From positions 4,662-68,661 of the forward strand of contig CAJOMF010000014.1 of NCBI GenBank assembly GCA_905235605.1: a stretch of DNA of 64,000 bases, read 5' to 3'. Made by a program: the position numbers and the translations under genes. The notes beneath the pieces were generated by a model. It saw only the letters and a program-made list of their open reading frames with translations, had not been told where the DNA came from and searched no databases. This document shows positions 38,269-47,797 of this stretch, piece after piece (the stretch's first letter is position 1; every line of letters begins with the position of its first letter). This stretch comes from an uncultured bacterium (GTDB taxonomy: Bacteria > UBP6 > UBA1177).

Positions 38269-39627
38269 TTACAGCACTGCCGCCATATAATACGGCAGGT
38301 AAATCACTTCGTTATCACGTTTTACATCACCGTCATACAGGACATACTGCAAGCCGACTTTGTTGGAAAACTTTGTTTTGAAATTCTGGAGTGATTTCAC
38401 TGCAAACTCTCTGCCTGATTTTACCTCGACCGGAACAACTTTTTTTTCGTTTCTGATCAGAAAATCGATTTCCATCACGGGTTTGCCCTTATTGTTGTAT
38501 TCAACATAAAAGAGGATTTTATGCCCGTTGCTGCGAAGGCACTGCGCGACCGCGTTTTCCACAAACATTCCCTCGTTTATATGCAGTTTGTCAGTGAGGA
38601 TTGTCTTATAAAACCCGTTATCCATAAATGTTCCGTCGCCGAAACTGAGGTTTATAAGCAAACCGGTATCAAGCAGGTAGCACTTGAAACGCCCGTTATC
38701 CATATTGAGGGTGAGAGCAGGGCTCGGATCGGTGACATTTCTCGCAACATTTACGATCATTGCTTCAGAAAGCCACGTGAGAGGGCTGCTGTATTCGCGG
38801 TATCTGGCGTTTTTATCCACATGAGAGAGCTGAAACGAACTGCTTTTTTCGTGTTTTGAGAGCTCGGAAGGAATATTATCCAGGATATTTCCCAAATAGG
38901 TGCTGTTTTCCTCTTTTTGATTCTTGATGTCGTTTCTGTAAAGAGCCAGAATTTCTTTCTTTGCAAAATCGACTTTTTCAAAATCTTTCGTCTGAATGTA
39001 TTTTACAACGGCCTGCGGCATTCCGCCGACACACATATATTCCCTGAATTTTCTGAAAATGTCTTTGTGAAGATTCCCGAGCGGTTTAATGTTTTCATAA
39101 CTGCTTTTTATGATAGGAAAAGTGAATTCGTCGCCCGCTGCCTGGAGAAATTCTTCAAAATCAAGCGGAAACATTTCAACGGCATATTCTTCAGAAGGAA
39201 TAAGGATTTCCGAACTCTCGGTCTTCTTTTTTATGCCAGCCAGTGATCCTGTTTCGATATAGTCGTATCTTCCGTCAGCCAACAGGGTTTTCAGAGCCTG
39301 GCGCGCCAGAGGGTAAAGCTGTATTTCATCTAAAATAATGAGCGAATCCCGCTTATAAAGCTTTTTCCCGTATTGCAGCTGAATTACGTTGAAAAAGTAA
39401 TCTAAGTCCAGAAGACTGTTCACGAAAAGGTCTCGGACAGTGTCGTTAGTTGATTGGAAGTTTATAGTTATGAAAGACTTATATTCGTTTTTCCCGAGTT
39501 CTTCCGCAATGGTTGTCTTTCCGACACGGCGTGCGCCTTTCAAAAATAAAGCATATTCCGGCGCATATTCTTTCTTCCATTTGAGTAATTCTTCATAAAC
39601 CTTTCTTTTCAGTACGATTTCTGCCAT
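38269..39627 (-). CDS. AAA_14 + DUF4143 family ATPase
   Basis: Walker A GARRVGKTT. About 450 aa, an architecture typical of DUF4143 ATPases. Start MAEIVLK (ATG 39627) after AGAGG. Confidence 0.65.
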   Translation of the reverse strand: MAEIVLKRKVYEELLKWKKEYAPEYALFLKGARRVGKTTIAEELGKNEYKSFITINFQSTNDTVRDLFVNSLLDLDYFFNVIQLQYGKKLYKRDSLIILDEIQLYPLARQALKTLLADGRYDYIETGSLAGIKKKTESSEILIPSEEYAVEMFPLDFEEFLQAAGDEFTFPIIKSSYENIKPLGNLHKDIFRKFREYMCVGGMPQAVVKYIQTKDFEKVDFAKKEILALYRNDIKNQKEENSTYLGNILDNIPSELSKHEKSSSFQLSHVDKNARYREYSSPLTWLSEAMIVNVARNVTDPSPALTLNMDNGRFKCYLLDTGLLINLSFGDGTFMDNGFYKTILTDKLHINEGMFVENAVAQCLRSNGHKILFYVEYNNKGKPVMEIDFLIRNEKKVVPVEVKSGREFAVKSLQNFKTKFSNKVGLQYVLYDGDVKRDNEVIYLPYYMAAVL

Positions 39628-39642
39628 TTGAGAACCTCTTTT

Positions 39643-39728
39643 CCACAAAATCTCCAATTTAAACCATGAAGATTTTCACAAAATCTCCAAATTTGTAATT
39701 GCCAGATATCACAAAATCTCTAATTTTT
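39643..39728. repeat. Three direct repeats CACAAAATCTC(C/T)AAtTT at about 33-bp spacing in the divergent promoter region upstream of the DUF4143 ATPase
   Basis: Copies at 39643-39660, 39676-39694 and 39709-39728. The proximal copy is 16 nt from the ATG. Confidence 0.55.
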
Positions 39729-39877
39729 CAATTTTTTAATGTAGATTTGTGATCTCTGCACACATCCTGAACATTTTCTGCCGCGCGGTTTCGTGATCCA
39801 AGCGCGTTCCGATTTTTCTTGATTTAAAATGCTTCAAAAGCATAATTAGGCGTTTTGTTGATGTTTAAAGGTGTGAT

Positions 39878-40822
39878 TTGGCTGAAAATTTCAAAAATAT
39901 TCTTGTTTTCGACGCTTCTTCTTCGAACATTTTTTTCGGCGGTGCTGACGGAAAGGGATCTGTTTTCCGGGCTGGGAATTTTGAAAAATCGAAGCTCAGC
40001 CGCTATCTTCCGGAAGAGTTCGGTAAAACTGTCGGAAACCTTGATCTGACGGAGCTTCCGCGGGTGATCATCGGCAACGGGCCGGGCGCTTTCACCGGAA
40101 TAAAAACGGGTACGGCGTTTTTTCTGGCGTATATCTATTCGCTCGGTGTCAAAACGGTCGAAACGGTAAGTTCGTTCTCGTTCATTTCGGCTCTTTCCGG
40201 GCCGTGCGCAGAAGATGCGAGGATCGTTCTCATTCCTTTCAACAAAGGGGAATATTTCGCGGCCGTTCTGGATAAAAACAACAAAATCCTGCGCGGCGAC
40301 ATCTTCATAAAGCCGCCTTACGAAAATATATCTTCTTTTTTTGCAGGTTTTGTAGGAAAGACAGCCGGCATCGTCGCTCCTATAGAGTGCGGAAGCGAAA
40401 TGATCCCTGAGCTTGAGAAGATTTTTTCAGTCAAAAATGTGCGTTTTGACGGTTTTTCTTTCGACAGAGGCCGCTTTGAGGCGCTGCCCGATACGAAAAT
40501 AGTTGATATCACTGCGGAACCTTACATCGTTAACCATGTGATTTTACCGGCGAATCTTGACAGTAACGGCAATTTTTATGTTGAAGTCAAACTTCAGGAG
40601 GCAAAAATGAGCCAGGATAATTTTTCGCGTGAAGAAATTCTTGCAAAGTTGGCACAGCTTAAAGAAGAACATGCGAAACTGAACGAAAAATCAGGTGAAC
40701 TCTCGTCGAAAAAGGTCTTTACTCCTGCTGACGAGGCTGAACTCAACATTGTCAGGAAGCAGAAACTCCGCGCGAAAGATATGATAGCCTACTTTGAAAA
40801 TCTTCTGAAAACCATGGAATAA
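39878..40822 (+). CDS. tsaB: tRNA threonylcarbamoyladenosine biosynthesis protein TsaB (YeaZ)-like with C-terminal coiled-coil extension
   Basis: N-terminal inactive-Kae1 pattern ILVFDASS…GNGPGAFTGIKTGTAFFLAY. Only in-frame start is a TTG at 39878. C-terminal roughly 100 aa are Lys/Glu-rich and helical. Confidence 0.55.
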   Translation: MAENFKNILVFDASSSNIFFGGADGKGSVFRAGNFEKSKLSRYLPEEFGKTVGNLDLTELPRVIIGNGPGAFTGIKTGTAFFLAYIYSLGVKTVETVSSFSFISALSGPCAEDARIVLIPFNKGEYFAAVLDKNNKILRGDIFIKPPYENISSFFAGFVGKTAGIVAPIECGSEMIPELEKIFSVKNVRFDGFSFDRGRFEALPDTKIVDITAEPYIVNHVILPANLDSNGNFYVEVKLQEAKMSQDNFSREEILAKLAQLKEEHAKLNEKSGELSSKKVFTPADEAELNIVRKQKLRAKDMIAYFENLLKTME

Positions 40823-40825
40823 CCG

Positions 40826-43096
40826 CTATTTTCTTTCAAAAACGAACTCGTTGTCACGGACGCAGCAGAGAAAATCACTGTGTTTGTCTGAATTTTTGTA
40901 GTATTCTTCGAGGAATGCACCTTCGAAAAATTTTCCGACGATCCTTTTGACAGCTCTTGCACCCATGAGTCTGTCGCGTGCAGTCATCTTCGAAACTATG
41001 AGTTCCTGAGCCGATTTCGGATCTTCTATTGAAAGCGAGCAGTTCTCCATTGTGTTGACTTTTTTAAGAGTTTCGTTGAATGCAGTTCCTGCAAGTTTCA
41101 CAAAATCTTCCTGAGAGAAAGGCTTGAAGAGCACTATGTCATCAACGCGGTTTACAAGCTCTTGGGAAAGGAAACCTTCGATTTTATTGATTATTTCGGC
41201 AGATTTTGCGCTTGTGTCAGCATCGCCGAATCCGACTCTGCCGGCTGAAAAAAGTTCTGCTCCCAGATTGGTCGTCATGATGACTATCGATTCGCTCATG
41301 TCGGCGGTGAAACCGCGCGTATCGGTAATTCTTCCTTCTTCAAGAATCTGCAGCAGGACGGTGAGGACTTTCGGATCGGCTTTTTCTATCTCGTCAAGCA
41401 GCAGAAGCTGGTAAGGTTCGCGCCTGAAAGCCTTGGTCAGCTTGCCGCCTTCGTCGTAACCGGAATATCCGGGAGGCGCGCCGATAAGTTTCGAGACGGA
41501 GTGCGATTCCTGAAATTCGCTCATGTCGAAAACCACCATTCTGTCGGGGCTTCCGAAAAGGAACGAAGCCAGTTTTTTCGCAGTTTCAGTCTTTCCCGTG
41601 CCGGTAGGACCTGCGAAAATCATCGATGCAAGCGGCTTTCCGACCGGTTTATTGCTGAATTTCCTCGCAAAAATCCTCGAAATTCGCTCTTTCGCACTTT
41701 TCTGCCCTACTATCGAGCGGTCGAGGACTTCCGGGAGCGTGTTCACGATTTTCGCCGTGTCGATAAGAAGATTTTCCTGCGGGATCCCCGTCCGGTTGGA
41801 AACTAACGATATGAGATCGTTTTTGTCTGCCTCGCTTTTCCTTTCACGTTTCAGGATGCTTCCCAAAGTGTCAAGCAGAGAAAGGACTTTGTCGGGCTGG
41901 CTTTTGCCCGAAATATACCGGTCGCTCAACGTTATTGCCGCTTTTATGAAATTTTCACCGCCGAAAGTTACACCATGGTAATTTTCAAGAGTTTTTGCTG
42001 CATTCGAGACGATTGCGAGAAGTTCTTCATTTTTAGGTTCTTCGACTTTCACGATCGAAAAACGTCTTTCCATTGCGGGATCTTTTGCGATGAATTTGTT
42101 GAATTCTTCGGTCGTCGTTGCTCCGATGAGCGGGAAGTTCCCGCGTGAAAGGGCAGGCTTGAGCATGTTTGCCACAGTATTGTCGCTTCCTGAAGAAGAG
42201 TAGAGAAGGTGGATCTCGTCAATGAAAACGATGATTTTCCCGCGGTTTTTTTCAACAAAATCAAGAAGTTCGGTAATTCTTTTTTCCAGAGAGCCGCGGT
42301 ATTCTGTTCCGCCGACAAGCGAAGAAAGGCGGAGTTCCCAGATTTCGATATCGGGCAGCAGACCTTCCTTCTGCCTGAGCGCGACAGCTTCCACGATCGC
42401 TGTTTTTCCGCTTCCTGCAGGGCCGATGATCATCGGGTTGTTGCTGTTTTTCCTGCCCAGAATGTCGATTATTGCTTCGATTTCGCGGTTTCGCCCGAAG
42501 ACAGGGTCGATTTTTCTTTCAAACGCTTCCCGCGTAAGGTTCCTTCCGAAAAGTGAAATGGCGCTTGCGTCGATCGGACGGTTTTGATCGCTCCTGGTTT
42601 CGCTGTCGAAAGAAGGATAGACTTTCGTTGATTCCTGCAGCATTTCGTTTGCGCGGTTCGTGGCCTTTTTTGTCGGAGCGTCTATGTGTGCCAGTGCAGA
42701 GGTTCGGATGTTGGATACGGTCCCCATTGCATCAAGTATCCTGTATGCGAGAGTGTCGCGGATGCTGGTCAAAGCTGCGAGAAAATGTGTCGGATTGACT
42801 GGCTGACCCTTGTTGGAACAGTATGAAGCGGCACTTTTTTCCAGTAATTGAATGACCCCCTTTTTTTCTTCCATGTTTGTGCCGGAAAGTTTTGCATCTT
42901 TCAGCATGGAATTGTATGTCTTTGCGACAGTCTGATATGATATTTGAAGATTTTCCAATATTGCTGCTGCTTCGCTCGGAGCGGAAAAATAAGCGAGAAG
43001 AAAATGGAGCGATGTCAGGGGTGTCTGCATCCTTTCTGCAAAATCAATAGCTTCACCGTAGAGCGAAACAAGAGCCTCATCCTGGATTTCGGACAA
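40826..43096 (-). CDS. Clp/Hsp100 ATPase (ClpA/ClpC family), two AAA+ modules
   Basis: Clp_N-like N-terminus. Walker A1 GPAGSGKTAIVEAVA. Walker A2 GPTGTGKTETAKKLA. Sensor/arginine-finger regions. 756 aa. Confidence 0.8.
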   Translation of the reverse strand: MSEIQDEALVSLYGEAIDFAERMQTPLTSLHFLLAYFSAPSEAAAILENLQISYQTVAKTYNSMLKDAKLSGTNMEEKKGVIQLLEKSAASYCSNKGQPVNPTHFLAALTSIRDTLAYRILDAMGTVSNIRTSALAHIDAPTKKATNRANEMLQESTKVYPSFDSETRSDQNRPIDASAISLFGRNLTREAFERKIDPVFGRNREIEAIIDILGRKNSNNPMIIGPAGSGKTAIVEAVALRQKEGLLPDIEIWELRLSSLVGGTEYRGSLEKRITELLDFVEKNRGKIIVFIDEIHLLYSSSGSDNTVANMLKPALSRGNFPLIGATTTEEFNKFIAKDPAMERRFSIVKVEEPKNEELLAIVSNAAKTLENYHGVTFGGENFIKAAITLSDRYISGKSQPDKVLSLLDTLGSILKRERKSEADKNDLISLVSNRTGIPQENLLIDTAKIVNTLPEVLDRSIVGQKSAKERISRIFARKFSNKPVGKPLASMIFAGPTGTGKTETAKKLASFLFGSPDRMVVFDMSEFQESHSVSKLIGAPPGYSGYDEGGKLTKAFRREPYQLLLLDEIEKADPKVLTVLLQILEEGRITDTRGFTADMSESIVIMTTNLGAELFSAGRVGFGDADTSAKSAEIINKIEGFLSQELVNRVDDIVLFKPFSQEDFVKLAGTAFNETLKKVNTMENCSLSIEDPKSAQELIVSKMTARDRLMGARAVKRIVGKFFEGAFLEEYYKNSDKHSDFLCCVRDNEFVFERK

Positions 43097-43182
43097 AATT
43101 GCCTCCCAAAAATCAAAAGCGGCGCAGTTTAAAGCAAACGGTGTCTTTTTTCAACAAATATCTGAGTTTAAAATAGTGAAAC

Positions 43183-43210
43183 TTGACTGTTTAATCATTT
43201 TAAATAAAAT
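43183..43210 (+). promoter_or_regulatory. Sigma70-type promoter TTGACT-N16-TAAAAT for the LPP20 gene
   Basis: TTGACT 43183-43188. TAAAAT 43205-43210. AGGAGG RBS before ATG 43244. Confidence 0.4.
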
Positions 43211-43243
43211 ATATGCGTTTTTGTTTAATAAGGAGGTTAAATT

Positions 43244-43822
43244 ATGAAAAAATCGTTGGTTTCCATCGTTTCTATCATTTTTCTTATGGTTTTGGCTGCA
43301 TGCGGAAGCGCTGACAAAAAGGACACCGGCAATGCTGTAAAAAATGAATTTGACGGTGCTCCGGAATGGGTTCTCGGCAGCTCCAGCACGGCTTCTCAGA
43401 TTTGCGGCGTAGGAAGTGCGGCAGGTTCAAGAAACGTTTCTATGATGCGTACCGCTGCGATGGGCAGAGGCAGGACCGAAATCGCAAGAATGCTTGAACT
43501 CAAAGTTCAGTCGATGTTGAAGGACTATCAGTCGACGACGACCGGCGGAGAGGATTTCGGAACGGCGGCAAATGACGAACAGCACATCGTTGACGTTGCA
43601 AAACAGATCACGGATCTTACGCTTTCGGGCACCGAGCAGAAGGAAAGCTGGATCTCCGATTCGGGAACGCTATACGTTCTTATGTGTGCGGATCTCGAGA
43701 AATTCAAAAATACAGTCAACAGCATGAGCCAGCTCAGCGAAAGCGTCAGAAAAGCAGTCACCGAAAGAGCCGACAAGGCTTTCGAAGAACTTTCAAAAGA
43801 GATCGAAGCTCAGAAAAAATAA
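43244..43822 (+). CDS. LPP20-family lipoprotein
   Basis: Signal + lipobox LAACGS. Central region resembles the LPP20 lipoprotein family. Lys/Glu-rich C-terminus. Confidence 0.55.
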   Translation: MKKSLVSIVSIIFLMVLAACGSADKKDTGNAVKNEFDGAPEWVLGSSSTASQICGVGSAAGSRNVSMMRTAAMGRGRTEIARMLELKVQSMLKDYQSTTTGGEDFGTAANDEQHIVDVAKQITDLTLSGTEQKESWISDSGTLYVLMCADLEKFKNTVNSMSQLSESVRKAVTERADKAFEELSKEIEAQKK

Positions 43823-43846
43823 GTTCTTTCATTTTTCAAAGTTTTA

Positions 43847-44647
43847 ATGAAACTCTTTTTCCTTTTATTTATTCTGTTTCCTTTTTTTGCTTCGGCGTCT
43901 GACGATACAGAATCGGCTGAATCTTTGACGGAAGGACGCGAAATAGCACCTCTGCCGAAGACTGACGAAAGGATCAACGGTTATCGCGAAGACTATAAAA
44001 AACCGAAGGAAAATCTGATCGAACTCCCGAAAAAATACAGGAAAAAGGAGAAATCCAAAAAGGAAAAAACAGTGCTCCGGGAAGAAAATCCGAAATTGCC
44101 GGAAACTGCGCCTAAACCCTCCGAAGAAGCTGAAAAAACTGAAGAAAACAAAAATGTTTCACATGAAACACTGCCGCCGAAAGCTGAGCCGAAACCTGAA
44201 CAGAAACCGGCGGAAAAACCGAAACCTAAGCCCGGATATTACGGCGAAACCTTTGACGGTCTGCGCGACGGAAAAGGAAAACTGGTTCTCGAAAACGGCG
44301 ATATCTACGAAGGATACTGGAGAGAAGGGCAGAAGGACGGGCACGGAATTTACGTCTACGCAAACGGAATAAAGTACAACGGGACCTGGAAAAACGACAG
44401 AATGGACGGCTACGGTTCGCTGATCTTTCCCGACGGAAGTTCATACTACGGCGAATTCGAAGACGGTGCGATATCCGGCACGGGCACTTTCAAATACGCA
44501 GATAAAGCCGAATATTCAGGCGAATGGAAAAACGGAAAATGGCACGGACGCGGCCGATTCAGACTTGCCAACGGCAGGGAAATCAACGCGGTATTCTGCG
44601 ATCAGCAGATAGTCGAATTCATCAAAACCGAAGAAGATTCGGAATAG
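43847..44647 (+). CDS. MORN-repeat secreted protein
   Basis: Signal peptide. Lys/Glu/Pro-rich linker. At least six MORN repeats (YEGYWREGQKDGHG, YNGTWKNDRMDGYG, YYGEFEDGAISGTG, YSGEWKNGKWHGRG). Confidence 0.7.
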   Translation: MKLFFLLFILFPFFASASDDTESAESLTEGREIAPLPKTDERINGYREDYKKPKENLIELPKKYRKKEKSKKEKTVLREENPKLPETAPKPSEEAEKTEENKNVSHETLPPKAEPKPEQKPAEKPKPKPGYYGETFDGLRDGKGKLVLENGDIYEGYWREGQKDGHGIYVYANGIKYNGTWKNDRMDGYGSLIFPDGSSYYGEFEDGAISGTGTFKYADKAEYSGEWKNGKWHGRGRFRLANGREINAVFCDQQIVEFIKTEEDSE

Positions 44648-44667
44648 AAATTAAGATCTGCAGCGGA

Positions 44668-45480
44668 TCAAAAATTTTTCAGAGATTCTTTAAAAGGTTC
44701 AAAAAAACGGGAGAGTTTTTTGCTCGCCGCAGATTTTGTCAATCCGTATTTTTGGGCGATTTCCGTAAAATCGGGTCTGTAATCATGATCTGCTGAATAA
44801 GCGTCCAAAAGTTCCTTATCTATGAAAGTGTAATTCACCAAAATCTCAGGGTTAAGACCATACAACAACAAGTTTTGGAGTGTGGCCCGATAAAGTCTGT
44901 GATAAACCTCTGTAAGATCAAACTCCATTTTCAGAAGTAAGACTGTAAGGATCTCGGAGAGCATCTGATCAGGATTCTTTTTCCACTCTTCCTGGATCTT
45001 CGGGATGAGTTTCTGCAGATCTTTTTTCATAAGGCTTTTTTCCAATGGATCGGTGTCGTTATCTTCCAAAAGAGTGTCCAAAATGGAGAAAGTTTCTCCT
45101 TCATCATTCGTCTTTTCGAGTTCGGTGGTGTTTGCATGTTCTTGAATTTCTTCGCCTTTTGCGGTGTTTATCGCCTTTTTCAATGAATTGAAAAGATATT
45201 TGCTGAAAGGAGCACCATTTTTGCGTGTTTCTGACTCGGGAAACCATTTTAGGCAATCTATGACCACTTTACGAACTTCATCAACATATTCCCCGTAAGC
45301 TGATTTTTTGATCTCTTTGACTTTCAGGTCTGAATTCTGGGAGGCTCCTTTTGGGGTTAATGCTGCCAGAACGATTTTCCATGTAAAGCCTTTTATCGCG
45401 ACTTCGATGTTTTCACCACGATCAAGGGCGTTTTGATATCCTTCGTAAAGTTCGTTAATCTTTTCAAAAATTTTTTCCAT
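44668..45480 (-). CDS. Hypothetical protein with sigma-70-like region 2.2 and region 4 (HTH) signatures
   Basis: …NGAPFSKYLFNSLKKAINTAKGEE… resembles sigma region 2.2 (FSTYxxxxIRxAI). C-terminal …FTEIAQKYGLTKSAASKKLSRF resembles the region-4 HTH. First gene on the low-GC island side. Weak by-eye assignment. Confidence 0.35.
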   Translation of the reverse strand: MEKIFEKINELYEGYQNALDRGENIEVAIKGFTWKIVLAALTPKGASQNSDLKVKEIKKSAYGEYVDEVRKVVIDCLKWFPESETRKNGAPFSKYLFNSLKKAINTAKGEEIQEHANTTELEKTNDEGETFSILDTLLEDNDTDPLEKSLMKKDLQKLIPKIQEEWKKNPDQMLSEILTVLLLKMEFDLTEVYHRLYRATLQNLLLYGLNPEILVNYTFIDKELLDAYSADHDYRPDFTEIAQKYGLTKSAASKKLSRFFEPFKESLKNF

Positions 45481-45482
45481 GG

Positions 45483-46103
45483 TCAGTCCTCGAACAATGC
45501 GTTAATTGTCTTTATTGCTCGTTCACTGCTTGAAGTCTCGATCATGTTGGTAAAGTTCTGCATAAGATAGAGCGGGGTGATGTCGTAGATCATAGGTGAA
45601 CCTTCTACGATTTCGTTGTTTTTGAATTCAACTTTGGAATAAACAATGTAGCCGACGGAACAATCGAAAAATTTCTCTGCAAACTGGCACACTGTGAAAA
45701 GCAAAAATGCCAATGGTTTCGGGCCATAAGTAGTGTCGGCATAGATTTCGGCATCATGCTCGAGTTCTTTGAGGATGGCTTTGAACATAAACTGAAAATT
45801 TGTTTTCGACATATCGAACGCGCTCGGAAGTATTTTATAAGTGATTTTTGCTCCGACTTTGTTGAAATGATCGAGTTCTTCCTCAAAAAGTTTCGCGTTG
45901 TCGCTTCCAGCGTTTTCACCCCCTTTTGTCTCGAGAAGGAGAACTTTGACATCATCATCCGCTTTAAGCGAGTTTGCAAGAGCAGCTGTCGCAGCAAACA
46001 GAATAGGTTCTTTAATCTCAAGCAGAGCGTTGCCGTCAACGGGATAGACGCATTTTTTTAAATTCTTTTTAAGCGGAAGTGTTACGAATAGGATTTTTTT
46101 CAT
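45483..46103 (-). CDS. Hypothetical protein (possible Rossmann-like fold; DTTYGP motif)
   Basis: 206 aa with a 2-nt gap to the downstream sigma-like gene, so an operon. No recognisable family. Preceded by island motif copy 1. Confidence 0.4.
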   Translation of the reverse strand: MKKILFVTLPLKKNLKKCVYPVDGNALLEIKEPILFAATAALANSLKADDDVKVLLLETKGGENAGSDNAKLFEEELDHFNKVGAKITYKILPSAFDMSKTNFQFMFKAILKELEHDAEIYADTTYGPKPLAFLLFTVCQFAEKFFDCSVGYIVYSKVEFKNNEIVEGSPMIYDITPLYLMQNFTNMIETSSSERAIKTINALFED

Positions 46104-46145
46104 TTTTTTTACCTCAATTATTCACAAAAAAACATTTCACACTGT

Positions 46146-46178
46146 ATATAATCGGTGAAAAACGGATAAGTTGACAAA
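46146..46178. promoter_or_regulatory. Island-specific conserved motif, copy 1 (TATAAtCGGTGAAAAA-N8-GTTGACAAAA)
   Basis: 43 nt 5' of the 206-aa gene start, on the template of minus-strand genes. Four more copies elsewhere in the island. Confidence 0.5.
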
Positions 46179-46209
46179 ATTTTTTCAAAAATTTCATAAT
46201 ATGCCTGTT

Positions 46210-47730
46210 TTATTGATGTTTTTCTTCACGTTTATCCATTTTCGCCAGCTCGAAAGTGAGATATATCAGGTAGATCTGAATCGCAAAAGCGTGCTTTTCA
46301 AAGAAATCGACCTCTTCGTTTTCGGAGCAGTAGAGAAAACTCATGAATTTTTTCAGATGAGCGCGTTCGTCTTCATCCAAAACATTATTATTATAGATAT
46401 TGGTTTTGTCGAGTTCCTCTTTGGGAAACTTGAGATAGCCGTCTTTATTGAAGACTTTACGCCATAATTCTTTATTGTTTGCCGCGTTGATGTTCAAAGG
46501 AGCCGTGATCTTTTTAAAATAATGCTCCAGAATTACGAGAAGTTTTTCCGCATTTTCTTTTTGAGCCGGATTTTTCTTAAGTTCACAGAGATATTGGTAA
46601 GAATCAAAAAAAGCGTAAAGGAGCAGCTTTTCCCAATACAATATTTGAAAATCGTTGAACATTTGGAAGTCGATATATTTGTCGAACAGTTTATAGACAG
46701 CGACATTCGCTCCCAAGTGGGTTATCCTGTTGCGTTCGGGATACAAAAACTTGTGATTCAGCGCACTTCTATTTGTAAAGCGGTCGTTTTTATTAGCTTT
46801 GATCGTTTGCCCGTCGAGCGAAGGATGTCCGTCCTGCCATTCCATTTCGGATTCTTCAAAGAATTTGCAGGTTATTTCCCTGCAGAATTTTTCATTTCCG
46901 GCAAAAAATGTCTGTGTAAAGCACTGATCCTTGAAACCGAAATCCAGTGTCTTGAGTGTTTTGAGATTAGTCAATACCTTTGTTATTTCTTCATTAGCTT
47001 CTGTATCGGTATAATTCGATTTTTTTCTGTTCGGGAAGATTTTAAGAATAGATTCCTGATGTTCCCTTACAAAATTCACCACATTTATGAGTTTTTCCCT
47101 CGGAACGGCTTCGTTTTCCGGCGGCATGAAATTAGCAAGGATGCGGAGAACGCCTTCATTCGCCTTGAAATAATTTCCTTCGAATTTCGTAAAATCGATA
47201 TCCGTGAATGGAGCTTTTTTTAAAAAACCGAGATCTTTGCTGATTTTATTAAGGATTTCACTCTGTTTTTCAGGCAGATACCAGGATTTTTCTTCCAAGG
47301 CCGAATCAAAAAGCTTCTTGATTTTCAATTTCCGTTCATCGGAAGCGAAAAATGTTCCGACTTCGCAGATGTCACGCAGCAGAAAGAAGAAAACTCCCTG
47401 CAGAAGCCGCATATCTTTTTCGAAAAGTTCAGGATCGATATTTTTGATCTTATCAGGTCTGGCAAGCGATATAACAGCAAAAGCCTTTTCCGCGATAGTT
47501 GTTCCAGCTATGATTCCGCTCGTTGCATTAAAAATATTTTGTTCGACTATGCTTTGGGGAGCAGAAAATACCTTTTTTAGAGAATCAATATTCAAGCCAC
47601 TTAAAGAGTTATAAAAAGCGAGAACCTTGTTCGGTTTTTCACTGAAACCACCGCGCAGGACCTCTTTGTTTTTCTTTATTTCTGCAATAATTTTATCAAG
47701 TTCTTCTTTTGATCTCATGGCATTCTCCAT
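46210..47730 (-). CDS. Hypothetical 506-aa protein (contains an Rx4H HEPN-like motif, RNRITH)
   Basis: Long ORF in the low-GC island with no recognisable catalytic family. The HEPN-like assignment is weak. Confidence 0.4.
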   Translation of the reverse strand: MENAMRSKEELDKIIAEIKKNKEVLRGGFSEKPNKVLAFYNSLSGLNIDSLKKVFSAPQSIVEQNIFNATSGIIAGTTIAEKAFAVISLARPDKIKNIDPELFEKDMRLLQGVFFFLLRDICEVGTFFASDERKLKIKKLFDSALEEKSWYLPEKQSEILNKISKDLGFLKKAPFTDIDFTKFEGNYFKANEGVLRILANFMPPENEAVPREKLINVVNFVREHQESILKIFPNRKKSNYTDTEANEEITKVLTNLKTLKTLDFGFKDQCFTQTFFAGNEKFCREITCKFFEESEMEWQDGHPSLDGQTIKANKNDRFTNRSALNHKFLYPERNRITHLGANVAVYKLFDKYIDFQMFNDFQILYWEKLLLYAFFDSYQYLCELKKNPAQKENAEKLLVILEHYFKKITAPLNINAANNKELWRKVFNKDGYLKFPKEELDKTNIYNNNVLDEDERAHLKKFMSFLYCSENEEVDFFEKHAFAIQIYLIYLTFELAKMDKREEKHQ

Positions 47731-47764
47731 TCAAAACAGCAATCCAATGATTCTGCTGATAAGA

Positions 47765-47797
47765 TATAAGCGGTGAAAAGAAGGGCGGTTGACAATT
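47765..47797. promoter_or_regulatory. Island-specific conserved motif, copy 2
   Basis: TATAAGCGGTGAAAAGAAGGGCGGTTGACAATT, 35 nt 5' of the 506-aa gene start. Confidence 0.5.
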
